NCBI GenBank assembly: GCA_965215505.1
Contig: OZ244065.1
Span: forward strand, 3,168,001 to 3,232,000
DNA: 64,000 nt
Direction of reading: 5' to 3'
Source of the DNA: Capsulimonadaceae bacterium
GTDB taxonomy: Bacteria > Armatimonadota > Armatimonadia > Armatimonadales > Capsulimonadaceae
Shown: one piece after another, positions 39,944 to 47,892 of the stretch
Layout of the letters: the number at the start of each line of letters is the position of its first letter
Position numbering within the stretch: the stretch's first letter is position 1
The notes under the pieces: generated by a model
What the model was told of the DNA's origin: nothing
Database searches by the model: none
Seen by the model: the letters and a program-made list of their open reading frames with translations, nothing else
Program-made: the position numbers and the translations under genes

Positions 39944-39984
39944 CAAAGAAGTAGGGCCTGGAGGAATACCCATCCCCCAGGCCC
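39944..39984 (-). terminator. Terminal hairpin of the ncRNA, possible terminator
   Basis: GGGCCTGGGGGA..TCCTCCAGGCCC followed by a weak U tract (TACTTCTTT). Confidence 0.45.
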
Positions 39985-40326
39985 CGGTTTGCTGCCATTC
40001 GTGCAGGCCACCACGTTTAAGTTCTCGGTTCACTCTAAGGTCGTCGTGTTCTACTGTTAAACTACCCCTGCGAGGCACTTAAAAAGTGGAGCAGGGAGGG
40101 GGAGATGCGCCCCCATCCGACAGACACCGACCGGGAACGGTTGATTCGGCCCGCGACAGCGGATGCTGAGGCTGGAGTAATAATCTCAGTCTGGGATGGC
40201 ACGGACGCTGCCTCTTCCGGTTGGGCTACCGCCGCCTGAAAATCGGGAAATGCGGCGGGCAGGAGTCGGACCTGCACTGGGGCGACCGGGCCGTCAATCG
40301 GAGCTTCAGTTTCAGCTTGTACTCAC
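39945..40326 (-). ncRNA. Unannotated ncRNA with two circularly permuted tRNA-like domains
   Basis: T-arm plus acceptor 3' strand precede the acceptor 5' strand plus D-arm twice (40210-40275; 40048-40114, with CCA); upstream TGTGGTATAAT and a terminal hairpin. Confidence 0.75.
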
Positions 40327-40331
40327 GCGGC

Positions 40332-40342
40332 ATTATACCACA
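40332..40342 (-). promoter_or_regulatory. Extended -10 promoter for the ncRNA
   Basis: TGTGGTATAAT on the minus strand. Confidence 0.65.
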
Positions 40343-40374
40343 ATGGGTGAGAACGAGGGTAGGACGAGTGAACA

Positions 40375-40507
40375 GGACGAGTGAATTCATTCACTCGCTA
40401 CGGCTGGAAGCGTCCAAGGGACGCGAGAACGGCAACAGCCGCATGGCATCCCGTCTTCTGTCCCCTGGACAGGTCTTCCATCAGCGAGTGAATTCATTCA
40501 CTCGTCC
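40375..40507. repeat. MITE/REP-like inverted-repeat element, family B
   Basis: GGACGAGTGAATTCATTCACTCGCT with its inverted copy at 40483-40507; inner GTCCAAGGGAC / GTCCCCTGGAC. Confidence 0.75.
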
Positions 40508-40529
40508 TATTGGCCCTTCCTCCGTGCCC

Positions 40530-41264
40530 TCACGCGAACAAGTACCCGAACACGCTCTCGCCGACGCGCTTGTCGGGGGCCTCGATGGAGTTTGCCTCTT
40601 CACGCGCGAATTTCACCGATTGCTGCAACTTGTCCACGCGGTCCAGAAGCTCCTTGACGCGGGAAGCCGGGAGCGCGCCGGAGAACTTCACCGTCTTCCA
40701 GTAGCCGACGATGATGTCCTCCATATAGGTTTCCACCTGGGCCGGGTGCTTGTCGGTCGCCTCGGCCTTGACGTGGTTGCGCGGGACCTTTTTGGTCTTG
40801 GCTGTCTGGACGGCCTCGGTGACGTAGGCGTCCGCCGAGGGGTCGAAGGTCCACGTCTCGGACGGGTCCAGGGTGGGCAGCTTGCGGATGAACGTGTGCA
40901 TGTCCACGAGCTGCTTTTCCAGAAACAGCAGGTAGGTGGCGGGCACGTCGGCGGCTAATGTCCGGCCGTCCACCACGATGTCGGCGCGGGCCTGGCAGTT
41001 GGCCCAGTCTTTCGCCGCCGTGACATCAAACAATTTGGTCAGGATTTTGGCTGTGTCCTTGATGACGGTTTCGGCGGACGACTGCACGCGCGTGAACTCG
41101 GGCGGGAACTGCTCGCCCTCTTCATCCTTGGGCTGATAGGTGCGCGACAGCCCCGCCAGCAGGCTCGGCTTCTGGAGCAGGTGGTGGGCCTCGGTCAGCT
41201 CCTGGAACGAGGTGCTTTTGACGCCCTTCTCGATGGCGATGATCTGGTTCAGCTTTGCGGCCAT
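40530..41264 (-). CDS. Conserved hypothetical protein, KLNQIIAIEKGVK family (DUF7873-like)
   Basis: KLNQIIAIEKGVKS, SRTYQPKDEEGE, PATYLLFLEKQL, EATDKHPAQV and AREEAN motifs; AGGAG RBS. Confidence 0.8.
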   Translation of the reverse strand: MAAKLNQIIAIEKGVKSTSFQELTEAHHLLQKPSLLAGLSRTYQPKDEEGEQFPPEFTRVQSSAETVIKDTAKILTKLFDVTAAKDWANCQARADIVVDGRTLAADVPATYLLFLEKQLVDMHTFIRKLPTLDPSETWTFDPSADAYVTEAVQTAKTKKVPRNHVKAEATDKHPAQVETYMEDIIVGYWKTVKFSGALPASRVKELLDRVDKLQQSVKFAREEANSIEAPDKRVGESVFGYLFA

Positions 41265-41313
41265 GGCGTTGGTTCTCTCCTGTGCGGCGTTGACAAATCG
41301 GGAAACATGGTGT

Positions 41314-41425
41314 GTAGGGGCGCCGCTTGCCGCGCCCTCCTTCCCCTCCGACACGCGGGAGGGAACACCCGGAGAGCGGCTGGACCCCGAACCGGAAAGG
41401 AGGGCGCGGCAAGCGGCGCCCCTAC
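41314..41425. repeat. Inverted REP doublet (GTAG family)
   Basis: GTAGGGGCGCCGCTTGCCGCGCCCTCC and its exact reverse complement at 41399-41425. Confidence 0.8.
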
Positions 41426-41492
41426 CGTCCTGGTCACGAGGCAGGTGGCAGGATTAGGCGGAAGCTTGAGCGTGAACTCTAATGCCGGAACT

Positions 41493-42848
41493 CTAATGCC
41501 GGAACCCTAGCCCGCTCCCGCCCGTGGTCATCTCGGCCAGTGCCTCAGGGTCGTCCATGCGCTTCAGGTGGGCCTTCAGCTCGTCCACTTGGGCCAGCAC
41601 CGACCGGGCGAACTGGTCATCCAGAGTCGTCGCGCCCTCCTGGGCGCGCTCCAAAGCGGCGGAGACGAAGGCCTCTTTGAGATAGGCGGGCGTGAAGCCA
41701 TCAGTGCGCTCGGCGACGGTGCGGGCCAGCGTCTCGGCGTCGAAGTCGGGGGCCAGGCGGGCGCGCAGGGACGACCGGGCCAGGAGGCGCAGGCAGAACT
41801 CGCGACGCTCGGCGGCCTGGGGCGGGCCGATGTGGAAGACGCGGTCGAACCGGGAGGGCCGCTTCAGCAGGGCCTCGTCAATGCGGCCCGGATGGTTGGA
41901 CGAGGCGACGATCAAAAGCCCCTCGTTGTTCTGGAAGCCGTCCAGTTCGTTCAGGAAGACGGTCCGGTTGTCCTCGTGGACCAGGCCGTCCAGGTCTTCA
42001 AAGGCCAGGATGCAGGGCGCGAGCTGCCGGGCGCGCTGAAAGATGGTACGGACGGCGTCGTCGTGGCTGTAGGGCTGCAAGTCGCGGACATACAGGAACG
42101 GCAGGTCCGGCAGGGCGGCGGCGACCGCCTTGCAGATCATCGTCTTGCCGGTGCCGGGCGGGCCGACCAGCAGGACGCCGCGCCTCCAGGCGAAGCCGAG
42201 GGCCGCGTAGGCGTCCCGGTTGCGGACGAAGCCTTCCACGGCGTCCCGCACGCGCGTCGCGGTCTCGGGGGGCAGGACGATGTCGTCCCAGGTGACCTTG
42301 CCGATCTCGGCGTCCATGTCCGGCGCGTTCTCCCAGCCGTGCGTGTAGCGCAGGCAGCGCCCCGCCGGCCGCTCGACGAAGGCGGCCATCTCGCCGGCGA
42401 AGGCAGCCAGCAGCGCCTCAGACTCGGCCAGGAACAGGACATAGCCGATCCGCGCGGCGCACGGGACGAAGGCGGCTTCGAAGGCCGCGCCGTGCCAGTG
42501 CGCTTCGAGCCAGCCGAGGTACGGGACGACCTCGCCGTCCTGGCCCTGGCTCAGAAAGCCGTCCGAGCCGGGCGAGAGGCTCCGCACCGGGCTGGCCTCC
42601 GCGTCCAAAAAGCGGCGCAATTGGACGCGGTCTATGTACATCATCAGGGTCGCCCCGGCGGGGCGGACGCGGCGGATCTCGCGCAGCAGGGCGTCCTCGG
42701 AGTTGTCCCCGTAGGCCTCCGCCCGCAGGGCCTCGTTCAAGGCCGCCGTCCGCCAGTCTTCGGGCGCGTCGGGGTCCGGCCGCAGCCCTTCGGTCAGTCC
42801 TTCAAGCAGGTCTTCAGGTCGCCCGTCCGTGGTCGGGAGTGTTTCCAT
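41493..42848 (-). CDS. AAA+ ATPase, paralog 2
   Basis: Same motifs as paralog 1 with long near-identical blocks (WENAPDMDAEIGKVTWDDIVLPP; GFTPAYLKEAF; LGFRH end). Confidence 0.9.
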   Translation of the reverse strand: METLPTTDGRPEDLLEGLTEGLRPDPDAPEDWRTAALNEALRAEAYGDNSEDALLREIRRVRPAGATLMMYIDRVQLRRFLDAEASPVRSLSPGSDGFLSQGQDGEVVPYLGWLEAHWHGAAFEAAFVPCAARIGYVLFLAESEALLAAFAGEMAAFVERPAGRCLRYTHGWENAPDMDAEIGKVTWDDIVLPPETATRVRDAVEGFVRNRDAYAALGFAWRRGVLLVGPPGTGKTMICKAVAAALPDLPFLYVRDLQPYSHDDAVRTIFQRARQLAPCILAFEDLDGLVHEDNRTVFLNELDGFQNNEGLLIVASSNHPGRIDEALLKRPSRFDRVFHIGPPQAAERREFCLRLLARSSLRARLAPDFDAETLARTVAERTDGFTPAYLKEAFVSAALERAQEGATTLDDQFARSVLAQVDELKAHLKRMDDPEALAEMTTGGSGLGFRH

Positions 42849-42928
42849 TGGTGTCTTCCCCAAACGTGAAATGCCCCCGCCGCCGCGAACGGGCAGTCGG
42901 GGGCGCGAGAAACTCTAATCAGTGTGTC

Positions 42929-42958
42929 AGTGTACCTGCACCCCCGCCCGCTTGTCAA
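42929..42958 (-). promoter_or_regulatory. Sigma70 promoter for the AAA / DUF7873-like unit
   Basis: TTGACA, 18 bp spacer, TACACT on the minus strand. Confidence 0.65.
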
Positions 42959-43085
42959 GTTTCGCCCCGCCCACGGCATTCCCCCGTCTGCCACGATTAC
43001 CAGTTTCTACCACTTGATGCTCTCTTTTTGGCCTCCAGAACCCCATATTGAAGGCAGAAATCACACGGCGAAGGAGAGTAGTATC

Positions 43086-43925
43086 TTGTATCCTTTCGGC
43101 AATCGGAAAGGCGGCCATTCTGGGGCGGCCTGGCTGGCGGGGGCCGCCCTGGCCCTGGGCGGCGCGTCGGCGGCGCGGGCGCAGACCCAGACCTTCACGT
43201 TCTCCAGCGACCTGTCCGGCTCCCAGGTCGTGACGCTCGCGCAGGGCTGCGACTCGGCGACCTCGCAGGTTTATGCGGGCCGCTACAAGGGGCAGCTCGG
43301 GTCCGGCCCGGCCACGAACATCTTCTGCGTCGACCCCGCTCATGAGATCAACGTCGGCGACACCTACGCGGCGAACACGCAGTACAACATCACCGGCCCG
43401 GCGGGGGCTTTGAACGGCGGCTACTATGCCGGCGGACTGGCCTCGGCCCTGACGGACGGCGACATCGCCTCGGTCACGCTGACCCAGGCCGGCGGGCGGG
43501 CGTCCGAGGTGGCCTACCTCGCCGACACCTACCTGAACGCCGCCAGCTTCAGCGGGGCCTCGGGCAGCACGGACGTCAATGCCAACCTCACCGGGCTGGG
43601 CCTGAGCGTCTGGGACATCCTCCAGGACGGCGGCGGTGGGCTGACCTCGGGCCAGCTCCGGACGGGCGCGTCGGACGCCGCCGCCTATGGCGGCCTGGTG
43701 AGCTACTACGAGGGGGTGGCGGCGGCCCACACCGGCTACACCTCCCAGACGGCGGCCTGGGTGCAGGCCCCGCAGTCGGCAGGGGGTGGGCACATGCAGG
43801 ACTTCGTCTACGAGAGGCCGGCCCCCGCGCCGCAGGCCGTGCCGGAGCCGGGCACCCCCGCGTTCCTGTTCAGCCTGGGCCTCGTCGCCGGCGGCTTCTG
43901 GCTGCGCCGGCGGCGGAGGGCATAA
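43086..43925 (+). CDS. PEP-CTERM exosortase-target protein
   Basis: Signal peptide, FCVD motif, C-terminal VPEPGT-TM-RRRRR; TTG start after AAGGAG. Confidence 0.85.
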   Translation: MYPFGNRKGGHSGAAWLAGAALALGGASAARAQTQTFTFSSDLSGSQVVTLAQGCDSATSQVYAGRYKGQLGSGPATNIFCVDPAHEINVGDTYAANTQYNITGPAGALNGGYYAGGLASALTDGDIASVTLTQAGGRASEVAYLADTYLNAASFSGASGSTDVNANLTGLGLSVWDILQDGGGGLTSGQLRTGASDAAAYGGLVSYYEGVAAAHTGYTSQTAAWVQAPQSAGGGHMQDFVYERPAPAPQAVPEPGTPAFLFSLGLVAGGFWLRRRRRA

Positions 43926-43945
43926 CCTGACCGCTGTTGTTCCCG

Positions 43946-44015
43946 GTAGCTGTTCTCAGTAGCTGTTCTCGGTAGCTGTTCTCGGTGATCGTAGGGGCGA
44001 ACCTTGTGTTCGCCC
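43946..44015. repeat. 13-bp tandem repeat x3 followed by a GTAG REP
   Basis: GTAGCTGTTCTC(A/G) x3; GTAGGGGCGAACCTTGTGTTCGCCC (inverted copy at 39863-39886). Confidence 0.7.
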
Positions 44016-44203
44016 TTTTTCTTTGTTGCAGCCTCTTTTTTGTTCCCCGTACACTTACCTGTTTCCAGTTCACACAGAAGTCGAGCAAAAATCTGTCGGA
44101 TTGTCATGTTTATAGACATAAACTGCGGGGTATCTCTCAGACCGGTAGAGTAACAGATCAGCGCAGCATGACAGCGCGGCGTTTCAACGGAGCAACCCAC
44201 CCA

Positions 44204-44383
44204 ATGCCGGATCAAGAGCCGCCCAAGCGGACAGTGCAGATGTATGACCGCCCCGCCAGTGCGGACCGCCCCCCCCTGGGGCGGATCATTCCCCTCGTGG
44301 TCGTCCTGCTCCTGGCGGCGCTCACCGCCGCCTGGTTCATCTTCCACGCCCACTCCGGACAGCCCCTCCCTGCGGGGCACTGA
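44204..44383 (+). CDS. Small single-TM protein
   Basis: 59 aa; VQMYDRP motif followed by a TM helix; GGAG RBS. Confidence 0.55.
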   Translation: MPDQEPPKRTVQMYDRPASADRPPLGRIIPLVVVLLLAALTAAWFIFHAHSGQPLPAGH

Positions 44384-44423
44384 AGCGTTCAAACACACTA
44401 GAAACTGGATACGAGGAGCAGAC

Positions 44424-45059
44424 ATGGTGACAACGGTGACACTGGCGGGAGGCGGGCAGGCCATCCTGGAGGACGCCCCGCGCCACGAGGAGGACGGGAA
44501 GGTCCTGCTCCGGCTGGAGACGGGGGGACATGTGCTTGTCCCCGAGAGTGCGCTGCTCCAGGAAGGCGGCGGATACCGCCTGCCCTTCACGGCGGCCGAG
44601 CTTGCGGGCGGCATGTTCGGGACGGACGCGGGCGGGCTGACGGCGTCCGTCGCCCGGCCCCTGGGCGAGTCCGGCGACGGCAGCGTCACCGTCCCGCTGA
44701 TGGAGGAGACGCTGCGTGTGACCAAGCGGGAGGTCGTCACCGGCGGCGTCCGCCTGGTCAAGCGCGTCACGGAGCGTGAGGAGACCGTGGACGAGCCGCT
44801 GCTGCGCGAGTCCGTCCGGGTCGAGCGCGTCCCGATCAACCGCCTCGTCGCCGAGACGCCCGGCTCGCGCCAGGAGGGCGACACGCTCATCGTCCCGATT
44901 TTGGAAGAGGTCCTCGTCGTCGAGAAGCGCCTCATGCTCATGGAAGAGGTACGGATCACGCGGACGCGGACCGAAGTCCGCGAGCCGCAGACGGTGACGT
45001 TACGCAGCGAAGAGGCGGTCATCGAGGGCATCACCCCCGACGCGCCGCTCACGGACTGA
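44424..45059 (+). CDS. YsnF/AvaK (DUF2382) stress protein
   Basis: VPLMEETLRVTKREVVTGGVR and EEVLVVEKRL motifs; GAGGAG RBS. Confidence 0.85.
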   Translation: MVTTVTLAGGGQAILEDAPRHEEDGKVLLRLETGGHVLVPESALLQEGGGYRLPFTAAELAGGMFGTDAGGLTASVARPLGESGDGSVTVPLMEETLRVTKREVVTGGVRLVKRVTEREETVDEPLLRESVRVERVPINRLVAETPGSRQEGDTLIVPILEEVLVVEKRLMLMEEVRITRTRTEVREPQTVTLRSEEAVIEGITPDAPLTD

Positions 45060-45117
45060 CAGACCACAGCTCACACAGCAGATCAGAGACAGATCACACA
45101 CACAGAAGGAAAAGAAA

Positions 45118-46218
45118 ATGGCAAAGACAGTCGTAGGCTTGTTCGATGATTTCGCCGAGGCGCAGAGCGTCGTGCAGGACTTGGTGGACGCCGGGTTCTC
45201 GCGCAGTGACATCAGCATCGCCGCCAACCAGACGGCGAGCGGCTACACCAGTGACGGCACGACCGGCACGACCACGGGCGCGGGCGAAGGCCATGCCGTG
45301 GGCAAGGACGCCGGCATCGGCGCGGGCATCGGCGGCGCGGTCGGCCTGCTGGCCGGGCTTGGCCTGCTGGCGATCCCCGGCGTCGGCCCGATCCTCGCGG
45401 CCGGCCCGCTGGCGGCGGCCTTCGGCGTCGGCGTCGTCGGCAGCACCCTCAGCGGCGCGGTCGTCGGCGGCATCGTCGGCGGCCTGGTCGGCGCGCTGAC
45501 CCACATCGGCGTCCCCAAGGAGCATGCCGAGTACTACTCCGAGGGCGTCCGCCGGGGCGGCACGCTGGTCACAGTGAACGCGCCGGACAGCCAGGCGGAA
45601 GAGGCCGTGGACATCCTGAACGGCCACGGCGCGGTGGACATCGAGGAGCGCGGCGCTGCCTACCGGACCGGCGGCTACACCGGCTACAGCGAGACGGCCG
45701 TGCCCTACACGACCGAGGAAGTAACGCGCGAGCGTGACCTGTACCGCACGGCCCCCGTCGCCTCCACGGCGACCCTGACGGCCCCGGCAGCGACCGGCAC
45801 CGTCAATGCGGGCGACGAGCAGGTGCTTCAGGTCGTCGAAGAGGACTTGGCCGTCGGCAAGCGGCAGGTACAGCGCGGCGGTGCCCGCATCCACACCTTC
45901 GTCACCGAGCGGCCCGTCGAGGAGAGCGTGTCGCTGCACGAGGAGCATGTCACCATCGAGCGCCGCCCGGTGGACCGTGCCGTGACGAGTGCCGACACCG
46001 CCTTCCGCGAGGGCAGCATCGAAGTCACCGAGACGGCCGAGGTCCCCGTGGTCTCCAAGGAGGCCCGCGTGGTGGAGGAAGTCGTCGTCGGCAAGACCGC
46101 GACCGACCGCGTGGAGACCGTCTCGGACACCGTCCGCCGCACCGATGTGGAGGTCGAGGAGATCCCCGGCACGACTACGACGACCGGCACCACGACAACG
46201 GGCACGACCAAGTTCTAA
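45118..46218 (+). CDS. General stress protein (YflT-like + glycine zipper + YsnF domain)
   Basis: TVVGLFDD, LAIPGVGP..AGPL, EEDLAVGKRQV and KEARVVEEV motifs. Confidence 0.88.
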   Translation: MAKTVVGLFDDFAEAQSVVQDLVDAGFSRSDISIAANQTASGYTSDGTTGTTTGAGEGHAVGKDAGIGAGIGGAVGLLAGLGLLAIPGVGPILAAGPLAAAFGVGVVGSTLSGAVVGGIVGGLVGALTHIGVPKEHAEYYSEGVRRGGTLVTVNAPDSQAEEAVDILNGHGAVDIEERGAAYRTGGYTGYSETAVPYTTEEVTRERDLYRTAPVASTATLTAPAATGTVNAGDEQVLQVVEEDLAVGKRQVQRGGARIHTFVTERPVEESVSLHEEHVTIERRPVDRAVTSADTAFREGSIEVTETAEVPVVSKEARVVEEVVVGKTATDRVETVSDTVRRTDVEVEEIPGTTTTTGTTTTGTTKF

Positions 46219-46237
46219 GGCCGAGCGCGGCACGAAG

Positions 46238-46275
46238 AAGCCCCTGGACCGGATCACTCCGGCCCAGGGGCTTTT
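46238..46275 (+). terminator. Intrinsic terminator
   Basis: AAGCCCCTGGACCGGA-loop-TCCGGCCCAGGGGCTTTT. Confidence 0.75.
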
Positions 46276-46324
46276 CCTTTGTCGGAACCGGCAAACAGGG
46301 TATAGAAGTGCGGGGGGATTTACA

Positions 46325-46993
46325 ATGCCACAAAAACTAGCCGGCGTGCTGCTCGACATAGATGGCACGCTCATTGACAGCAACGACGCCAACACGCGCG
46401 CCTGGGTGGAGGCATTCCTGGCGCACGGGATCGAGATCAACTACATGAAGCTGCGCGAGGGTATCGGCATGGGCGGCGACAACTTCCTGCCGAAGATCGC
46501 CCACATCAAGAGCGACAGCCCGGAGGGCAAGGCCGTCAGCGAAACCCGCAGCGAGATTATGAAGTCCAAGTACTTCCCGACCCTGCAAGCCTTTCCGCAG
46601 GTGAAAGAGCTATTAACGCGGCTGCACGCGGACGGCCTGAAGCTGGTCGTCGCCACGTCCGCCAAGTCCGACGAGGCCGACATCCTGCTGAAACTGACCG
46701 GCGCGGCGGACCTGATAGACACCATCGCGACGACCGAGGACGCCGAGAACTCCAAGCCGGACCCGGACATCATCCACGCCGCCCTCCAGAAGTCCGGCCT
46801 GGATGCCGCCTCGGTGGTCATGCTCGGCGACACGCCCTACGACGTCGAAGCGGCCAAGAAGGCTGGCGTCGCCACCATCGGCGTCCGCTGCGGCGGCTGG
46901 ACGGCCCCGGAGTTGAAAGGGGCATTGGCCGTCTACACCGACCCCGCCGATCTGCTGGCTCACTATGACGAGTCAGTGTTTGGCAAGAAGTAA
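46325..46993 (+). CDS. HAD-superfamily hydrolase
   Basis: DIDGTLIDS, KPDPD and GDTPYD motifs. Confidence 0.9.
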   Translation: MPQKLAGVLLDIDGTLIDSNDANTRAWVEAFLAHGIEINYMKLREGIGMGGDNFLPKIAHIKSDSPEGKAVSETRSEIMKSKYFPTLQAFPQVKELLTRLHADGLKLVVATSAKSDEADILLKLTGAADLIDTIATTEDAENSKPDPDIIHAALQKSGLDAASVVMLGDTPYDVEAAKKAGVATIGVRCGGWTAPELKGALAVYTDPADLLAHYDESVFGKK

Positions 46994-47072
46994 TGGGAAC
47001 ATTCTGCGTATCGTGTAGGGGCGCGATTCATCGCGCCCTCTTTCCCTGCCGCGCCCTCTTTCCCTGCCGCGC

Positions 47073-47873
47073 CTAATGCTCCAACGCCAGCACCAGGCAC
47101 TTGGCCGAGCCGCCGGATTTGATGAACTCCGACAGGTCCGTCGCGTGGACCGTGTACCCGCGCGCCCTCAAGTCCCCCACCAGCGCCTCGCACCCGCTGT
47201 TCATCACGATCTGTTGCCCCGCCACGACCGCGTTGCCGCCGAAGCGCAGGGCGTCTGCCTCGGTCAGCGTGATCTTCTCCCCCGGCAAAGCCTCAATCGT
47301 GGCGTTCGCCCGCACATCGAAGGCGGGCGGATAGTATGCCAAAAGCTCGGGCGAAACCGGGATCAGGCAGGTATCCAGGTGATACCAGCGGCTGTCCACC
47401 AGCCGCAGCGGCAGGACGGGGACGCCTAACAGCTCCCCCACCCCTCGGCACGCCGCCTCGTCCGACCTCTGCCCCCACCCCGTCAGCAGCGTGTCGCCGT
47501 AGAACAGCGCGTCGCCCTCGCCCTCGAAGGCCCCCGCCACCTGCTCAGTCAGCGGCTTCAGGTGGAACCCGTTTTCCAGCATCCACTGGATGAAGAACGC
47601 CACCTCGCCCTGCCGCTCCACGGGCCGGAAGCGCGACGGCACGAACCAGTCGCCCTTCGTCAGCCCCGCGTTCGCCGTGAACACCATGTCCGGCAGGCCC
47701 GGCTGCGGCGCGACCAGGGCCACGTCCGCCCCCACCTCTTCCCGCAGGATGGTATAGAGGGCGGTCCACTGCGCCCGCGCCCGCTCGGGGTCCGGCCCGT
47801 TCGCGACCCGCATCCAGGCGTTGATCTCGTAAGTCACATCAAAATGTTCCGGCGGGCACATCAGGAGGCGCAT
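47073..47873 (-). CDS. Amidinotransferase / dimethylargininase family protein
   Basis: PDMVFTAN, FEGEGD, YHLDT and KSGGSAKC motifs. Confidence 0.9.
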   Translation of the reverse strand: MRLLMCPPEHFDVTYEINAWMRVANGPDPERARAQWTALYTILREEVGADVALVAPQPGLPDMVFTANAGLTKGDWFVPSRFRPVERQGEVAFFIQWMLENGFHLKPLTEQVAGAFEGEGDALFYGDTLLTGWGQRSDEAACRGVGELLGVPVLPLRLVDSRWYHLDTCLIPVSPELLAYYPPAFDVRANATIEALPGEKITLTEADALRFGGNAVVAGQQIVMNSGCEALVGDLRARGYTVHATDLSEFIKSGGSAKCLVLALEH

Positions 47874-47892
47874 GTAATTCGATTCTGGTCCA

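Noticed and set aside
40048-40275. Canonical tRNA genes
   Set aside because: The halves are in permuted order with no anticodon loop, and the 5' half of unit 1 cannot pair with the 3' half of unit 2
40062-40277. 71-aa minus-strand ORF (MQVRLLPAA…)
   Set aside because: It translates the T-arm and D-arm of the ncRNA and has no RBS; likely spurious
43932-43990. CRISPR array
   Set aside because: 13-bp tandem units without spacers; no cas genes in the window
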